Shown here piece after piece: positions 37,191-50,345 of a stretch of 64,000 nt of DNA. The position numbers and the translations under genes are program-made. Position 1 is the stretch's first letter; each line of letters starts with the position of its first letter. A model generated the notes under the pieces. It searched no databases, had not been told where the DNA came from, and worked only from the letters and a program-made list of their open reading frames with translations. The DNA lies in the NCBI GenBank assembly GCA_030704615.1, contig CM060731.1, positions 83,142,001-83,206,000 of the forward strand, read 5' to 3'. Origin of the DNA: Takakia lepidozioides (taxonomy: Eukaryota > Plantae > Bryophyta).

Positions 37191-37940
37191 CTATGCTATC
37201 AACTGCCAGACTTCTCTCAAAGTGCCTCGCTCTGCATGATGGTAAGGTGTAGGCGGTACATCTATGTCCAGAAACCTGCCACTAACCTTGTCCCAAGCTA
37301 CAGTAGCTCGCTCTAACCAACCCTCCTCCTCTTTCTGCCTGGTAGAGACAAAGCAATACTCCCCTATCTCCCGCTCACTGAACACTAAAGAAAACAAAGG
37401 TAGGGTCTGATAATCTCTCAACTCGAAAGCTTTGAGACGGTTGTGGGTGTTCTCATTGCGGATGACTGCATCTCCTTCAAGCAAAACAAACTTGTCATTG
37501 CTAATGAACCCCCGCTCATGATTGCCTTGTGCAGAGCGTGTCCGGCTGCAACCATGTCTGATTGCACAAACTTGTGTAGCTCTTGCTCCTCTGCTCCAGT
37601 ATACCACGGCCTTGTGGCTGAACACCTTGGTACCCGGGGCTGTCTTTGGCTGTGTTCCAAGCCTAGCTTTTACCCACTTTGGTATTTCACCTACAGCTGC
37701 AGAACTGCTGGCTCCAACAGAGTTCTGACTGTCCAAAGCGATATTGAGACCCTCAACGCCAACTACAACAGTTTGTTGTCCACTGCTAATGTCTGACTCC
37801 CAGTATGCAATCAACTCGTCCAACTGTTCTCCACTCAAATCAGTCTGAGTTCCTTGGGAAACATAAATCTTGTCCCCTTGTGTGCACAGGCTAAGAGACG
37901 AGACCTGCCCTTCAATTACGTCCTCGTTTTCCCCAGCCAT
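37191..37940 (-). CDS. Extra upstream ORF of retroelement (249 aa, unknown function), copy A
   Basis: Intact, same length and near-identical to 52442-53191. Confidence 0.75.
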   Translation of the reverse strand: MAGENEDVIEGQVSSLSLCTQGDKIYVSQGTQTDLSGEQLDELIAYWESDISSGQQTVVVGVEGLNIALDSQNSVGASSSAAVGEIPKWVKARLGTQPKTAPGTKVFSHKAVVYWSRGARATQVCAIRHGCSRTRSAQGNHERGFISNDKFVLLEGDAVIRNENTHNRLKAFELRDYQTLPLFSLVFSEREIGEYCFVSTRQKEEEGWLERATVAWDKVSGRFLDIDVPPTPYHHAERGTLREVWQLIA

Positions 37941-40350
37941 ACAAGGAGGACATCCACAGATTTGTCTCTCATATAGACCAGAACAGGTTCTAAAAACAGA
38001 ATTGTGGATCTTTCACGGCACACTCACACTCTAAAAATTCCATAGATTTTTAGCAGAGTCCCAAAAACAAAAACCCTAAACCCTAAACAAAAACCAGGTC
38101 TAGATAGGTAGATATTCCCTTTCTATAGCTATCCCCTCAAAAACTGAGTCAAACGGAGCTCATTTGACAAAGATGTGAACAATTTGGCTTTAAATCATTT
38201 AAATTAGATCAAAAGGGCCCTTTTTTTTTTTTTTTTAAAGGTTTTCGAATTTAAAAATTTAAAGTTACACCCAAAATATCTGGTAATTGGTTCCCGGTCC
38301 CCTAAGTTCTATATGGTTTCCTAGGTTCCCTGGCCACGTGCCCTATAATTCCTAGGATTTCAGTTGTGTTTACAAATGCACCCCCCACAGCTCTTGGTTA
38401 CCAGTGACCTGCTCTCCTCCAGTCGAGATCCGTAGCTATGCCGAGCCTTAATCCTTTGCACCAATATTCCCAACAAAAACAGGAGCACTTACAATGCAAC
38501 CCCGGAAAGCACCAGAGCTAACTAGCTTTGATCAAGAACGCTTACAGCCCTTCATGCGTGCTGATTTTTCAAGGTGGCAACAACAAATCTGCTATCACTG
38601 ATTGTGTAAGCCTTTACATGGAGTTGGCACAGGCTGCCCCCAAGTTCAGGATTGTAAACATAGACCGAGCAGGTCGTGTAGTGAGCTGGGCCCCTTCAGC
38701 TCATATCTCGCTCATACACCAAGTGTCACCTGGTGAGTCCACAGTCTCCCACTCTCATGCTCTCCTGCAACAAACACAACCTTGAGGTTCAATCCTCCAA
38801 AACCTGAGGATCGCCAGCCTGGGAGGTTGACACTGTCAGAAAGCGCCCCTCCCTTCCAGCAAATGGCCTAAGATGTGGTGACCTCGTCAATCCTTCCCTA
38901 GACTGCTCTTGCTTGGCCTTTCTCACAGCTGCCTGCACCTCTCAATCTGTGTGCCCATCCCCCTTCATAATGAGTATGACACACCCATCATCGTGCACAA
39001 CCTTTCATGCAAATGAGAGGGCATATACAATGTCCTTTGGGGTCCTCTAGTTCCAGTCTGGCACCTCATGGCCCATTCCAATTTCCAGGACATGAACACC
39101 ATGCAGAATGTCCGCTATGAGGGCGTTTGCGTAGGGTCCCAAGGGGGATTTTGCGCCAGCTTTGTATGGAATGAGGGCCAATGGTGTCACAGACTTCAGC
39201 CACACGTCAATAATCTCCTGCGAAACCCGCCAGGTGCTGGAACTTGATCTATCATGACCTTGTAATCTTCATACAAGCAAGTGACCCATGTCTTCCGAGG
39301 TTGTTCTTCTCCCAACGGCCGTGCAGCAAAATGGTTTGCCAAACAAATTCCGCTTGCTCCCTGAAAGGTTCAGACCCGCCAACTGCAAAGATATAAGTCG
39401 CCCTGCACCCGAATCTCTCTCCCCGTCGGTGGAGGCCTCCTGCATAGACTCGTCAGCTGTGGGCGTTCGACTACCAGGGCTGCCTGATATACTGGCTTTC
39501 AAAGCCTTCTTGCCCCCCTTTCAGGTTCGTTGCGGTTTGTTAGCCTCCCTCAGCAGCTGTTCAGCTTCATCTGCTCCTCTGGCGGCGGCTGCAGCGGACA
39601 CATTAGCTTGAACAAGGTGCCTGTGTGCCTGTGTTTCCTTGTCATGTAGACTCTTGGCTGTTGATGCGCTTGAGAACTCGTTGTGTTCCTCCATTTCTTC
39701 CAAGTGTTGGTACGATGTCGGGTTTGCAATCAAGCCACCAGGGGCAGTTTGGATTGGAAAACTGGCTGAATGACTTTAGTTGTTTCATGTTGAACGCTGT
39801 CACCTCCGTGAGCTCACTCACCCAAGTCAGCATCATGTTGGGTGTGGAGAGGATCAGCTTTATCTCCTGTCGTAAGTACTAAAGCACATTCGCTTTGCAG
39901 GTTGCAACGCGCCCTGCTGCTCGCTTAGCTCCACACTCCTGCGCATTTTCTCCTTTTCTCCGGCAGGTGCAGCAGCAGCACCTCCACCAGAGGAAGCCAC
40001 CACAACCAGGGATGACGCCACCCCAAACTGTTTGCACTTCGTGATCCAGCCACTGCCAGCCACTCCCGACTGTTTTGGGTCCGAATCCAAAATCTTACAC
40101 GAGTCTCGTCTCCCTCCGTCCAAGTGAAAGAGAGTAGGGAATTGCGGGGCCAACTATCAAAGTCTTCAACCTCCCCACCTCTTGGTTTTCAAACTCACGA
40201 GCAGAGACGACAACTAGATCTACGCGCACAGCCCATGGCAACAGGAAGGCCAGATGGACTCCTGCCCCAAGATATATATTATAATAGTGCTAAAACAAAC
40301 ATTGTATCTAGCTTAGCACTAGAAAACTAGATAGCCTCATCTCTCTCGAG

Positions 40351-40672
40351 TGATAAGAAAGCTAAAGGACACACTGTTCGCACAAGAAACATGAAATCCC
40401 TCAACATCACTCTTTCAGATAATAGTCGAGCCAGGGGCACCCCAAGCTATGGGGACTCCACCCCACAACAACCTATCCTCCCATCATAAGTACACTCAGT
40501 TCTAAACGATGAAGGAGCTCGGTCACGCAGGCTCAACTCGAGAGAGATGACGCTGTTCAGGTGTCAAACTAAACTTGACACCTGACTTAACACTTGGCTT
40601 AAATCCAAGTGTTAAATACAAATAACTAGCTTTATTCTAGTTAGTTTCACACTGTGCTTGTTTAACTTGACA
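40351..40672 (-). repeat. Terminal segment A of copy A (self-complementary PBS at 40336-40350)
   Basis: Homologous to 49989-50345 and 61394-61743. Reads TGTCAAG...TTATCA on the minus strand. Confidence 0.9.
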
Positions 40673-40676
40673 TCCT

Positions 40677-43542
40677 CCTTATCATCTCTAAACAACGTTG
40701 CCGTGTATCCACTCGAATTGCGGAACACCTGCCTCGAAACGACGGCTTTGTGCGAGCAATTCTCCACTGTGACACAGACACAGTCGTCTCCACAATGGCT
40801 TGGCCATACTGCATAATAGCGGGCGGAATCTGGGGCAAGCGAGCGGTGGGAATTTCTCGCACGGAATCCCCGCTTGAAGGCGATGGCGATCTGGAATTTC
40901 TTGGGCTTCCACTGCTGGAAGACACATTGTGTGGCAACATGACGGGCCCTCGAGGTGCTGTCCGAATGTTCCTATCGGATCTCCAGGAATCCTCTTCACA
41001 CCCAGGTTCCTCTTCAATCCTCCGCCTCACAGGGCGAGTACGTACGTCCCCCTCTAGGTGCTCACCTCTGTGGTGCAGAGGCGTCCCTTTGATCTTCTCT
41101 CGCAATGTTGTCGTCCATTTCAGTGGATTCTTCGACCTCGAAGTTGTTCGTACCAACAATTCCTCCCTGTCTGGCCCAAAGCCCCATTGTTTCCCGCTCA
41201 GGAACTTGAGTACATGGCTTGCTGCATGGTTGCTTTGTCGATGTCCTCCGTTGTGGCCGTCACTACGTCCACCAGATGTGCGGCAGAACACGCTCGCCAG
41301 GAGGAGTGCACTGATTCTGCCATATTCGTGTTCGGCATGTCTGTGTCGGAATCCAAGCACCGCTCCTACAAGGATACAAACAATGGTGAGGAACCAATGG
41401 AAAGGTCCGTAATAGAAAGACAATTGCACGAAAATGACAGCATCATACCTCCCGCATGTACTGTCCGAACTGTCGATACCGGAAATGCCACCACCCCAAC
41501 CAGCTGTGCAAGGCTCCCAGATTGGTTGTCTTCACTGCACCTGACGTGTTCCACCAAGCCTTGATGATAGCAAACTTAACCTCCACATCATCAAATGTGG
41601 GTGCATCCTTCCACGCCGTACAAAGGACACGGTGTTCAGCTTGGAATGAGCTAGCAACAAATTTGGTAGTGTAGTGAGATAGACTCTGCATCCAATGGAA
41701 TCCACAGGATCTCTCTTTCCCCTCCATTGGAACATTGGGGTCCTCACCGTACACACGCCGCACCGCTGCCCAGTTGGCCTGAGCGTTGTCTGCCATGAAT
41801 CCCCTGAAATTGGGCTCTGGCAATCCCGCCCTTGCCATCTGCTCGTTTATGCCCTCCCACAGATGCATCTCCAACTATGTGTCCTCCCCTTTCATCTCGC
41901 AGATTGCAATCGTCATGAGCCTCTTGGAGTGATAGTCATAAACATGCGCACCCATAGTCACCCACTGATGGTTTGTAATTCGCTTGAAGTGATCAAACAT
42001 CACCCAAGCATTCGACAAGTTTCCAGTTGTCATGCGAGTGACCAAGTCGACTCCACTCCCAGGCCCACACGTCGACATTTTAAAAATGTAACAACGATCG
42101 GATTCGCTGCCTTGCCCTGGAAACCTGCTACCTTGGATGTAGTCATATCCAGTCATTCGTTTCACCTCCAGGATTGAGTGCATGTCCGACCCCCGGCCGA
42201 ACTCCTGCTTGCAAGATACGATGTGATTCCGCACATTCGGACTACAAACGTGCGAGACGGACTCCAACAGGTCAAGCATCTCCTCTTCGTTCAAGGGCAC
42301 TCGGTCTGAACCATCTTCAAACATGATTTTGCCAAGAGCAATCTTGTGGGCTGCCTTCAGCTGAATCTGCTTTGGTCTGGCTCCGGGGCTCAATTTCACC
42401 TCCTCTTTTATGATGTCGTGTGCTTCTTGCACAACCTCACGCATGTTGCCTCTCGCCAAGGGGTGGCAGTGGACCCCAACATGTATGCAAGCTCTAGTCA
42501 AGTCCAGGAGCAAATGGATAACGTAATATTGCTTGGCTCTGCACATGGACATGCACGTCGGTGGTTCTTTGCAATGTGCGCACTTGAAAGTACCCGCAGG
42601 AGTTTGGCTGGAGACAATGAATGGATGATACGTTGTGCCAGTCCAATCCGTCTCGTTTCTCCGCCCTTCTTTGGAGAGAAAGTGGAAGCAGGCAGGATTG
42701 AGGCACCTCAGCTTCCCCGCACAGAGGACGTATCGTACACGAACACCATCAGCAATTTTCGTGCTACTGGTCTTCGTTACACACCAGGGGTGTCCATCAT
42801 GCTTTCGATCCATGTCTGTTAACATCCCTGAGGCTTTGTTTGAGGAAGTAACAGGTGGAAACTCGAAGATGACATTGCCATCGACTTCGGGAGGCAGATA
42901 CGTTACCTTCCTGACTGGAAATTTGGCATAGTCGAGAGCAGCCAGCTCGGAGCGAGAACCATCAAGGTGATGTTGCCGTAGGAACTGCACAATGGACCGG
43001 GTTGGAGTTATGCTCGAGGGTACATGCGTAGCACCTGCAGAGACGTCCATCTCGGATTTGAACGACCGTGTGGAGGACATGGGGACCTCAATGCACTCAT
43101 CTTCATCGTCGGAAATGTCGAATACGTCCACACGAGAAGCTATGGAGGGTCTTGACGGTTCAGGTCGGGAATGATTATCGTTGCATACCTCTCTATTGGC
43201 AGTGGCCGCCTGTCGGTTTCCGGACTCCTTTGTGGATGGTGTGGGCAGCGACTGATTCGGAAAGGGAATGGGCATTCCCACAGCTCGGTATAGGATGGTG
43301 TCTGATGGGGGTACGTGCCATTTGATTCCGCAACCTCTGTCGTTACCTAGCATGACAATGGTCTCGTCAACCTGTCCAGGAACATCCTTTCTTTCTTCTT
43401 CCAAATAAATTGTGCCCGGTTTGAGCTTGAATTTGGAACAAAGGTAAGTTTCAGTCACTCTGCAAAGTCCTCCCTTGTTTGGGATCCAGGCTCTCCCAAG
43501 TTGCAGAGGACAGCAAACTATAGCGTAGGAATTCGGAGCCAT
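40677..43542 (-). mobile_element. 5' part of Mutator-like DDE transposase with GCM/WRKY-like Zn DNA-binding domain
   Basis: DGHPW...CAGKLRCLNPAC...CAHC...C...HVGVHCHP is GCM-like. Catalytic motifs: WVMFDH (D), FMADNAQA (D), CGFHW (CxxH) and, after intron 41366-41448, PNTNMAESVHSSW (E). One in-frame TAG at ~41875. Confidence 0.8.
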
Positions 43543-43821
43543 CGAAGACCGCACGAAGTTGGCAAGTGTGAGGTTCAGTATAGCGACAGACCAAGGCTCA
43601 CAGGCACCTAGCGGAGTCCATGGACGATTGGAAGTCGCACATTGAAGTGGAAAGTATTGTTGTTAGCAGGTACACAATTGAGCAAGCATGAATCGAGGGT
43701 GAGGACGGTGCGACACATGAATAAGATGGAAGATGGAAATATGGAAATATGTTTACAAGAAATGAGCTGAAAAGCTCACAAGGGTTCAGTAGACTGACCC
43801 TGGGACCTACATGGACTAGGA

Positions 43822-45689
43822 CTAGTCATCCTCATCCTCATCCTCAGTGGAGGACTCAGAGCTATCCGATGAGCCTGATGACTCCGCGCCCTTTGCCAGA
43901 GCACATAAATGAGGCGGCGTTCCCCTAAGTCCCACAGAGCTCTCATCCAATCCCTGGGCATGACCCTCGACCTCATCCATACTAGTGCCTTGTAGTGCAC
44001 TCATCCCCTCTGTGTTGGCCATGTTCTTCATGAGGGATTGCCAACCATGCTCCTTGGCGTAGTTGTACTCTACCGGAGATGGTTTCCTCTTAAACGCGCG
44101 TTGCTACACATGCCACAAATTAAAGTCAGTTCTTCACGATGATGGAGCCAGAAATAAGACATAACAAAATCCATAGGGAAGTACGACTTACAAATTGCAA
44201 GATAAAACCCTTGGATCCGCCGGCGCCCCACTTGTGTGTGGATTCGTGCTTGTCAAGGCGGACTGTTGTTGCTTCGCGTGCCCGGTCAAATTTGGCCTTG
44301 TTTGCGGCATCAGTCTCTCCCGCAATGAGTCCCACGATACCTATGCCCCCCCTCCCCCCCCCACAACAATTACCAACCTGTGTAATTCCATAAGGTGGTT
44401 TGGGTATGGCCCCCTTTTCCATTGCCCTCCGAATGATCTGTCTGGCACGGTACCTCCTGTCCTTCAAGTTTCGCCCCACCATCTCCATCACCCTTGTGTC
44501 ACTCCAATTGCCCGGAAACTGGTGGTCTAACTCACGGGTATACGCCCGCTTCGTGGCAAAGTGCTGATCAGCCCACTCAATGTGCAAAGGGAACCACCTC
44601 AATGCGAGTTTGAAGGCTGGCTTCTTCATAGCCTCCCATAACGCACCGCAGGGGTCACCATGGCGATTCACCTCCACCGGTGGCACCACGATCTTTGTCA
44701 ACTCCACGTCCTATATCGCCAAGGCCATCCCACCCTCTCCCTTCTTTGTAGCGTCCTTCCCCTGCTCCTTTGTTACCCCACTGCCCTCCCCCGCATGCAC
44801 ACTCACCCCTTCCTCTCCATGGGACTTATTTTTCTTCTTCTTCTTTTCCTTCCCCTTCCCCGCTACTTCCTCTCTCTCCTTCTCCCTCTCCCTTCTCTCT
44901 CTCTCCTCGGTCGCCCTTCATTGATGGTAAAAGGGATCTCGGGAGATCGAGACCTCTTCTTCTTACCATTGGTGTTCGGGTCCTTCATGAACACCACGTG
45001 CTCTCCCTCATTGGCAACCCCACTGGACTGCACCAATGAGGCCAGCCATGTTGCTGCCTCCTGAAGACAAATAACCCCTCCAAATTCAAAAAAAGAAACA
45101 AACAACAAAGAAAATCATGCATGCAAAGGAAAGGATAAATCATGGAACAAGGTGCAATAATTGTACCTTTGTAAGCTTGTCCGACTCGCCCTTGGTGTCA
45201 CCCGATGTGGGAGGAGTCCCCGTTTCCGGATGTGCCCACTCTATCCCCTCCCGGAGCGCCACTGGAAGTAGATGATGTGGAGCATAGCCGGCGGCGGCGC
45301 CCCGTAGTCCAGGCCCTTCTTTGCTGACTGCTCAGGCTCAGGGGGCGATGTCGCTGATCGGCTAGGCTGCTCCAAAACGGCCCATACCTCCTCCTCTCCC
45401 CCCCCCCCCCCCCCCCCCCCCCCAAATGCGTATCAGGGTAGAAGCCCTCACCCGGCTTGACTTCTTTGAGGCGCTTTGCTATCTTGGCCACTTCATTGGC
45501 CCTCCTCGTCTCCTCCTCCCTCATCGACAACAATGGGCTGGCAATGGAGGCTTTCAAAGACCCTTGAACCTGACGTTGGGCCTTGGCAAGTGCAGCCTTT
45601 GCTGCGGAGGAAGGGGTCGCTATGGGGGTGACATCCAAAAGGTGCCCATATTGGGCCCCCGAACGGGTGATGTGCTTGCCAAGGTACAT
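43822..45689 (-). pseudogene. Degenerate transposon accessory gene, Ptta/En-Spm (Transposase_24)-like
   Basis: VEVNRHGDPCGALW...W....K...L...F...RNLKDRRYR...HKWGAGG resembles plant TNPA-type accessory proteins. It is fragmented and contains introns. Confidence 0.4.
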
Positions 45690-46049
45690 TTCACCCGTCT
45701 TGGTGGGGCAACAAAGATAAAAGAAAAAGGTGGGGGGGGGGGGGGGGGGGGGAGTGACTAAGCACCACGGGCTCAGTCACTCCCCCCCCCCCCCCCGCCC
45801 ATTTTTTTTTTTTTTGTTTCCTGATCTCTCCCTCTCTGTCCCTCTGTCCCTCTCCCTCTCTCTCTCTCCCTCCCTCTTTTTTTTGTTGTTCACAAAAGTA
45901 AACAAACCACAAGGGAGAGAGGGTGCAGAAAAAGTTAAAAGATTGTACTCATAAGACGTTGTTTGCCGTAGCCTTGTGGCCATTGACCCCGCGCCCAGTT
46001 TGAGCGGAAACAAAAGGGACATAACTTGCCTTTGTCAGGGGCTGACGTT

Positions 46050-46640
46050 GGTAGTAAGACTTACCTTCATATATAGAATTAATCTGGGTTTTCCAGATAT
46101 CCTCTAGAAATCCCTTCACACAAGCATCAAACTGCTGTGTGTGATTTGCCCAATAACTAGGCCTCAGGAGGGCCTAGGCTTTTGGCTCAGCCTTGAGACT
46201 TTCAAAGTTGGTAAACAGAGGTACAGGCACAATTCCCTTGATAGATTTGAAGAGAGCATCTCTTTGGTGAGAGAACCCCGGACAGTGTATCAGAAAATGA
46301 GTACTGTCTTCAGATTGCCCACACAACGGGCAATTGCACTCTCCCTTTCCTCTCTACTTCTGTTTGCTGTTCAAAGGTAGGCTTCCTACCCTGAGTTTAA
46401 ATTTCAGTCTAGTGCCAAGAGTGGGTAGACCCTTGAGGTCATCCAAGATGTCCTCCCCCATGTCACTGACTGGAAACAAGTTCAGGGAAGTTTTCTGCCT
46501 AACTTCATTGTCATCAGACAATCTCATGGCAACAGACATGGGTTTGGACACTACAGCCTCTAAGTCAGATTTATCAACCCATATTGCAGATCCGTACTCC
46601 AAGGCAGGTCTAATAATGCGACAAAGCATGGTTGTCTTGA
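46050..46640 (-). mobile_element. Non-LTR retrotransposon 3' fragment (RT C-terminus + CCHC finger), copy 1
   Basis: IIRPALEYGSAIW; RLKFKLRVGSLPL; CPLCGQSEDSTHFLIHCP. Confidence 0.75.
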
Positions 46641-48309
46641 CCTCAGAGTTGACCCCTCTGCAGAAAAAGTTAAAAAGAGAGAGGGAAGATATTCATGTCA
46701 TGTCAAGACATGGACAAGACCCATAAGGGTCATTGTCAATTAAAGACATAAACAGCCCTGGATAGGGCACTATCTCACATTTCCAGTCTTGTCAAATCAT
46801 CCCAAAAGACACCACCCAATCATCCAAGACAAAACAGGGTGGGAGGGCGGGGTTTGTTCTTGTGTGGGACAAGATAAGATATTGTTGTCCCTGTGCATGC
46901 TGCAAGGCCTCTTGGTTCAGCCTGTACATATACCAGCAGCTTACCAATTCAGCCATTAATTATGGCAGGTCATGCATCAGCCAAGGCATAAGGACCAGCC
47001 TGCATTTTGTCAGAATCTCAGTATCCCACCAAGCAGTCCAACTTGATCCAGATGAAGTAGATTCCATATCATTTGTATTCACCCCGAGACATGTGATCAT
47101 GCAAGGTATCAAGGGAATGTGAATGCAGCCTGTCAGATTGCAGGTTCAAGACTTGTACCAACAAACAGCATGAACAGCCGAGATCTAGCCTCTTTTGTAT
47201 AAAAAAACAGATGGCAGGTCATAGGCCTGATGTCATGACAGATCCAAAACAGTAGGTAGGATTCCATTGTAGCTTACCATCCTCATCCTTTAGGAGTTCC
47301 ATGCTAAGACATGCAAAGAACACCTTACTACGATCCAGTACACATCAGAAGTAGGCCTGACAAGGAGCAGGGCAGTACCCTACCAGGCTGCCGCCTTAAA
47401 CTTCAAGGCCATCAGATCCATAGTTACCCAAAACCACCAAAAACATACCACCAAAAACCAGATCCTCTTTGGCCAAAATAACTTACAACCTAGCTTAGTA
47501 ATCCACAGGTTGTGCTGTCAAAGATTAAAAGGTAGGGTATGGTTTGTATGCGAGCCTCAGGAAACAAGCCCTTCAGGCCGAGCTGCGCATCGGCGGCAAA
47601 ACGACAAAGGCCAGAACGCAGGCTGGAGCATATCAAGTCAAGGGCAGTTGGGTTGAAATCGGGGCTGCAGCCAGCAGCCACCTCACAGCGCGCACAACCC
47701 TAGGTCTCCTCAGCCCATATCCCAATCTGCATGCTCAAGAAATTTCAAAGTAGGTGAGGATCCTCACCTGGTCCCATCACAAGCCCCCACAAAAACCAAC
47801 AGGTTAGTGAGGTCATTGTGGAACCCCAGGTGAATCACAGACCCTCACACTTGTCATCGATGTCAACTAAGAAACTCAAAAGCAAGAGAAAAAGATAAGA
47901 ACATGAGAATCCCTAAACTCCAAAGGCACCTTAAGCGATTGGGGAAGAGGGTTATGCGCCATCACCACCCGCAGCAAGCCGCCTCCACAAAGCACATAAG
48001 CAATGAAGCAAAGCAGGCACAATCGCAAGGCACTAGAAAGGAGGGAGAGAACTTCTCATCATAAGCATCCTTGCTAAGCACAGAAAAAACCAGAGGAGGG
48101 AAGATGCCACTGCTTTCATAGCGGTGTTTCCCGCTGCAAGAGAGACAAGGCGCCGCCTTCGCGCCCCCCCAGGCGCTCGTCCAGCAGGGTACGACACCAC
48201 AAACGGGGCAGCCACCGAAGTACGCCCGCCATAACACTCTCCTCGCGAGCTCAGAAGCACATCGCGTGCTTCTGACAGCGGGAGAGACGACATAGGGTTG
48301 TCCCCCGAT

Positions 48310-48610
48310 TACTCATCCGTGGATGAAAAACAGTAGGACGAATCCATATACCCTGACGGATTTCATCCGTAGCAAGGTTAAAAATAGGTTTTGGGGTAGG
48401 GGTTAGGGTTTCCACCGTAATTAATCATAATTAGGGGTTAATAAAGATCAATTCCAGGTCATAATCACATCATCCATAGACAGATCACTTGTGTCAGGAT
48501 GAAAATGTAGGGAATATCATCCGTGGCAGCGCCTTACCTCCATCTAGGTAGTTCTATCATTCCTTACCAGACCATCCCGTATGGATGAAAAAGCCTCATA
48601 GAGGATGAGA
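48310..48610. repeat. CATCC...GGATGAAAA short palindrome cluster
   Basis: CATCCGTGGATGAAAA, CATCCCGTATGGATGAAAAA and related motifs. The sister cluster is at 62250-62505. Confidence 0.55.
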
Positions 48611-48739
48611 AAACAAAAAATCCACACTGATAGCAAACTGCCAATTCCCAGTACAGAGGGAGACAGAGGGAGAGAGGGGGCAACAATGAAAAAAAATGGG
48701 TTTGGGGGGGGGGAGGTCAGATGGTGGGATCAGCTGCAG

Positions 48740-49988
48740 CATATGTCCAACACCAGATATCCTAAGTTAATCAACTCCATATCTTGGAAACAGGACCGCC
48801 CACCGACCTGTCAAACAGGCTAAGTCTTGGCAGAAGACAGTAGAAAAGATTCTCAAGGACCTGGACCTGGAACCGCAAGTCTTCACCCTGCTGGATAAAT
48901 CTGACTTAGAGGCTGTAGTGTCCAAAGCCATGCCTGTTGCCATGAGATTGTCTGATGAAAATGAAGTTAGGCAAAAAACTTCCCTGAATTTGTTTCCAGT
49001 CAGTGACATGGGGGAGGACATCTTGGATGACCTCAAGGGTCTACCCACTCTCGGCAGTAGACTGAAATTTAAACTCAGGGCGGGAAGCCTACCTTTGAAC
49101 AACAAACAGAAGCAGAGAGGAAAGGGAGAGTGCAATTGCCCGTTGTGTGGGCAATCTGAAGACAATACTCATTTTCTGATACACTGTCCGGGGTTCTCTC
49201 ACCAAAGAGACGCTCTCTTCAAATCTATCAAGGGAATTGTGCATGTACCTCTGTTTACTAACTTTGAAAAAGTCGAGGCTGAGCCAAAAGCCCAGCCCCT
49301 TCTGAGGCCTAGTTTTTGGGCAACTCACACACAGAAGATTGATGCTTGTGTGAAGGGATTTGTAGAGGATATCTGGAAAACCCGGATTAATTCTATATGT
49401 AAAGGTAAGTCTTACTACCAACATCAGCCCCTGACAGAAGTAGGATCTGTCCCTTTTGTTTCCCCAAGAGAGGGGGCAACAAAGAAAAATAGAGAATGTG
49501 GGGGGGGGGAGTGACTGAGCATGCAACATATGTCCAACACCATATATCTTAAGTTAATCGACTCTATATCTTGGAAACATGACCGCCCACCGACCTGTCA
49601 AACAGGCTAAGTCCTAGTAGAAGACAGTAGAAGAGATTCTCAAGGACCTGGACCTGGAACCGCAAGTCTTCACCCTGCTGGATAAATCTGACTTAGAGGT
49701 TGTAGTGTCCAACCATGTCTATGGGCAACCTGAAGACATTATTCATTTTATGATACATTGTCCGGGGTTCTTTCACCAAAGAGACGCTCTCTTCAAATCT
49801 ATCAAGGGAATTGTGCATGTACCTCTGTTTACTAACTTTGAAAAAGTCGAGGCTGAGCCAAAAGCCCAACCCCTTCTGAGGCCTAGTTTTTGGGCAACTC
49901 ACACACAACAGATTGATGCTTGTGTGAAGGGATTTGTAGAGGATATATGGAAAACCCGGATTAATTCTATATGTGAAGGTAAGTCTTA
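48740..49988 (+). mobile_element. Two tandem non-LTR retrotransposon 3' fragments (copies 2 and 3); the second is internally deleted and is the target of retroelement copy B
   Basis: ORF 48918-49514 contains CPLCGQSEDNTHFLIHCP. 49520-49988 repeats it. The empty site GGTAAGTCTTACTACCA at 49404-49420 matches the flanks of copy B. Confidence 0.8.
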
Positions 49989-50345
49989 TGTCAAGTTAAA
50001 TAAGCACAGTGTGAAAACAGCTAGAATAAAACTAGTTATTTGTATTTAACACTTGGATTTAGGTCAAGTGTTAAATCAGGTGTCAAGTTTAGTTTGACAC
50101 CTGGTCTGTCTTATCTTCACGAGAGCGGCAGTCGCGCGGCTCATCTCTCTCGAGTTGAGCCTGCGCGACCGAGCTCCTGCATTGTTGAGGACTGAGTGTG
50201 CTTATGATGGGAGTGTAGGTTGTTGTGGGGTGGAGTCCCCATAGCTTGGGGTGCCCCTGGCTCGACTTCTATTTTAAAGAGTGATCTTGAGGGATTGCAT
50301 ATTTCTTGTGTTGAGAGTGTGTGTCCTTTACAAGTTTGTTTATCA
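49989..50345 (+). repeat. Terminal segment A1 of copy B
   Basis: Direct repeat of 61394-61743. Confidence 0.92.

Larger units (their letters stand above)
29011..40672 (-). mobile_element. Ty3/Gypsy-type retrotransposon with DNMT3-like domain, copy A (split-LTR form A...B)
   Basis: Ends are TGTCAAG... and ...CACGACA. TSD TCCT at 29007-29010 and 40673-40676. Order is gag-PR-DNMT-RT-RH-IN-PHD. Inserted in the MULE transposase. Confidence 0.95.

Noticed and set aside
38071-38087. Telomeric repeat (AAACCCT)2
   Set aside because: Only about two units and absent from copy B. At most a telo-box.
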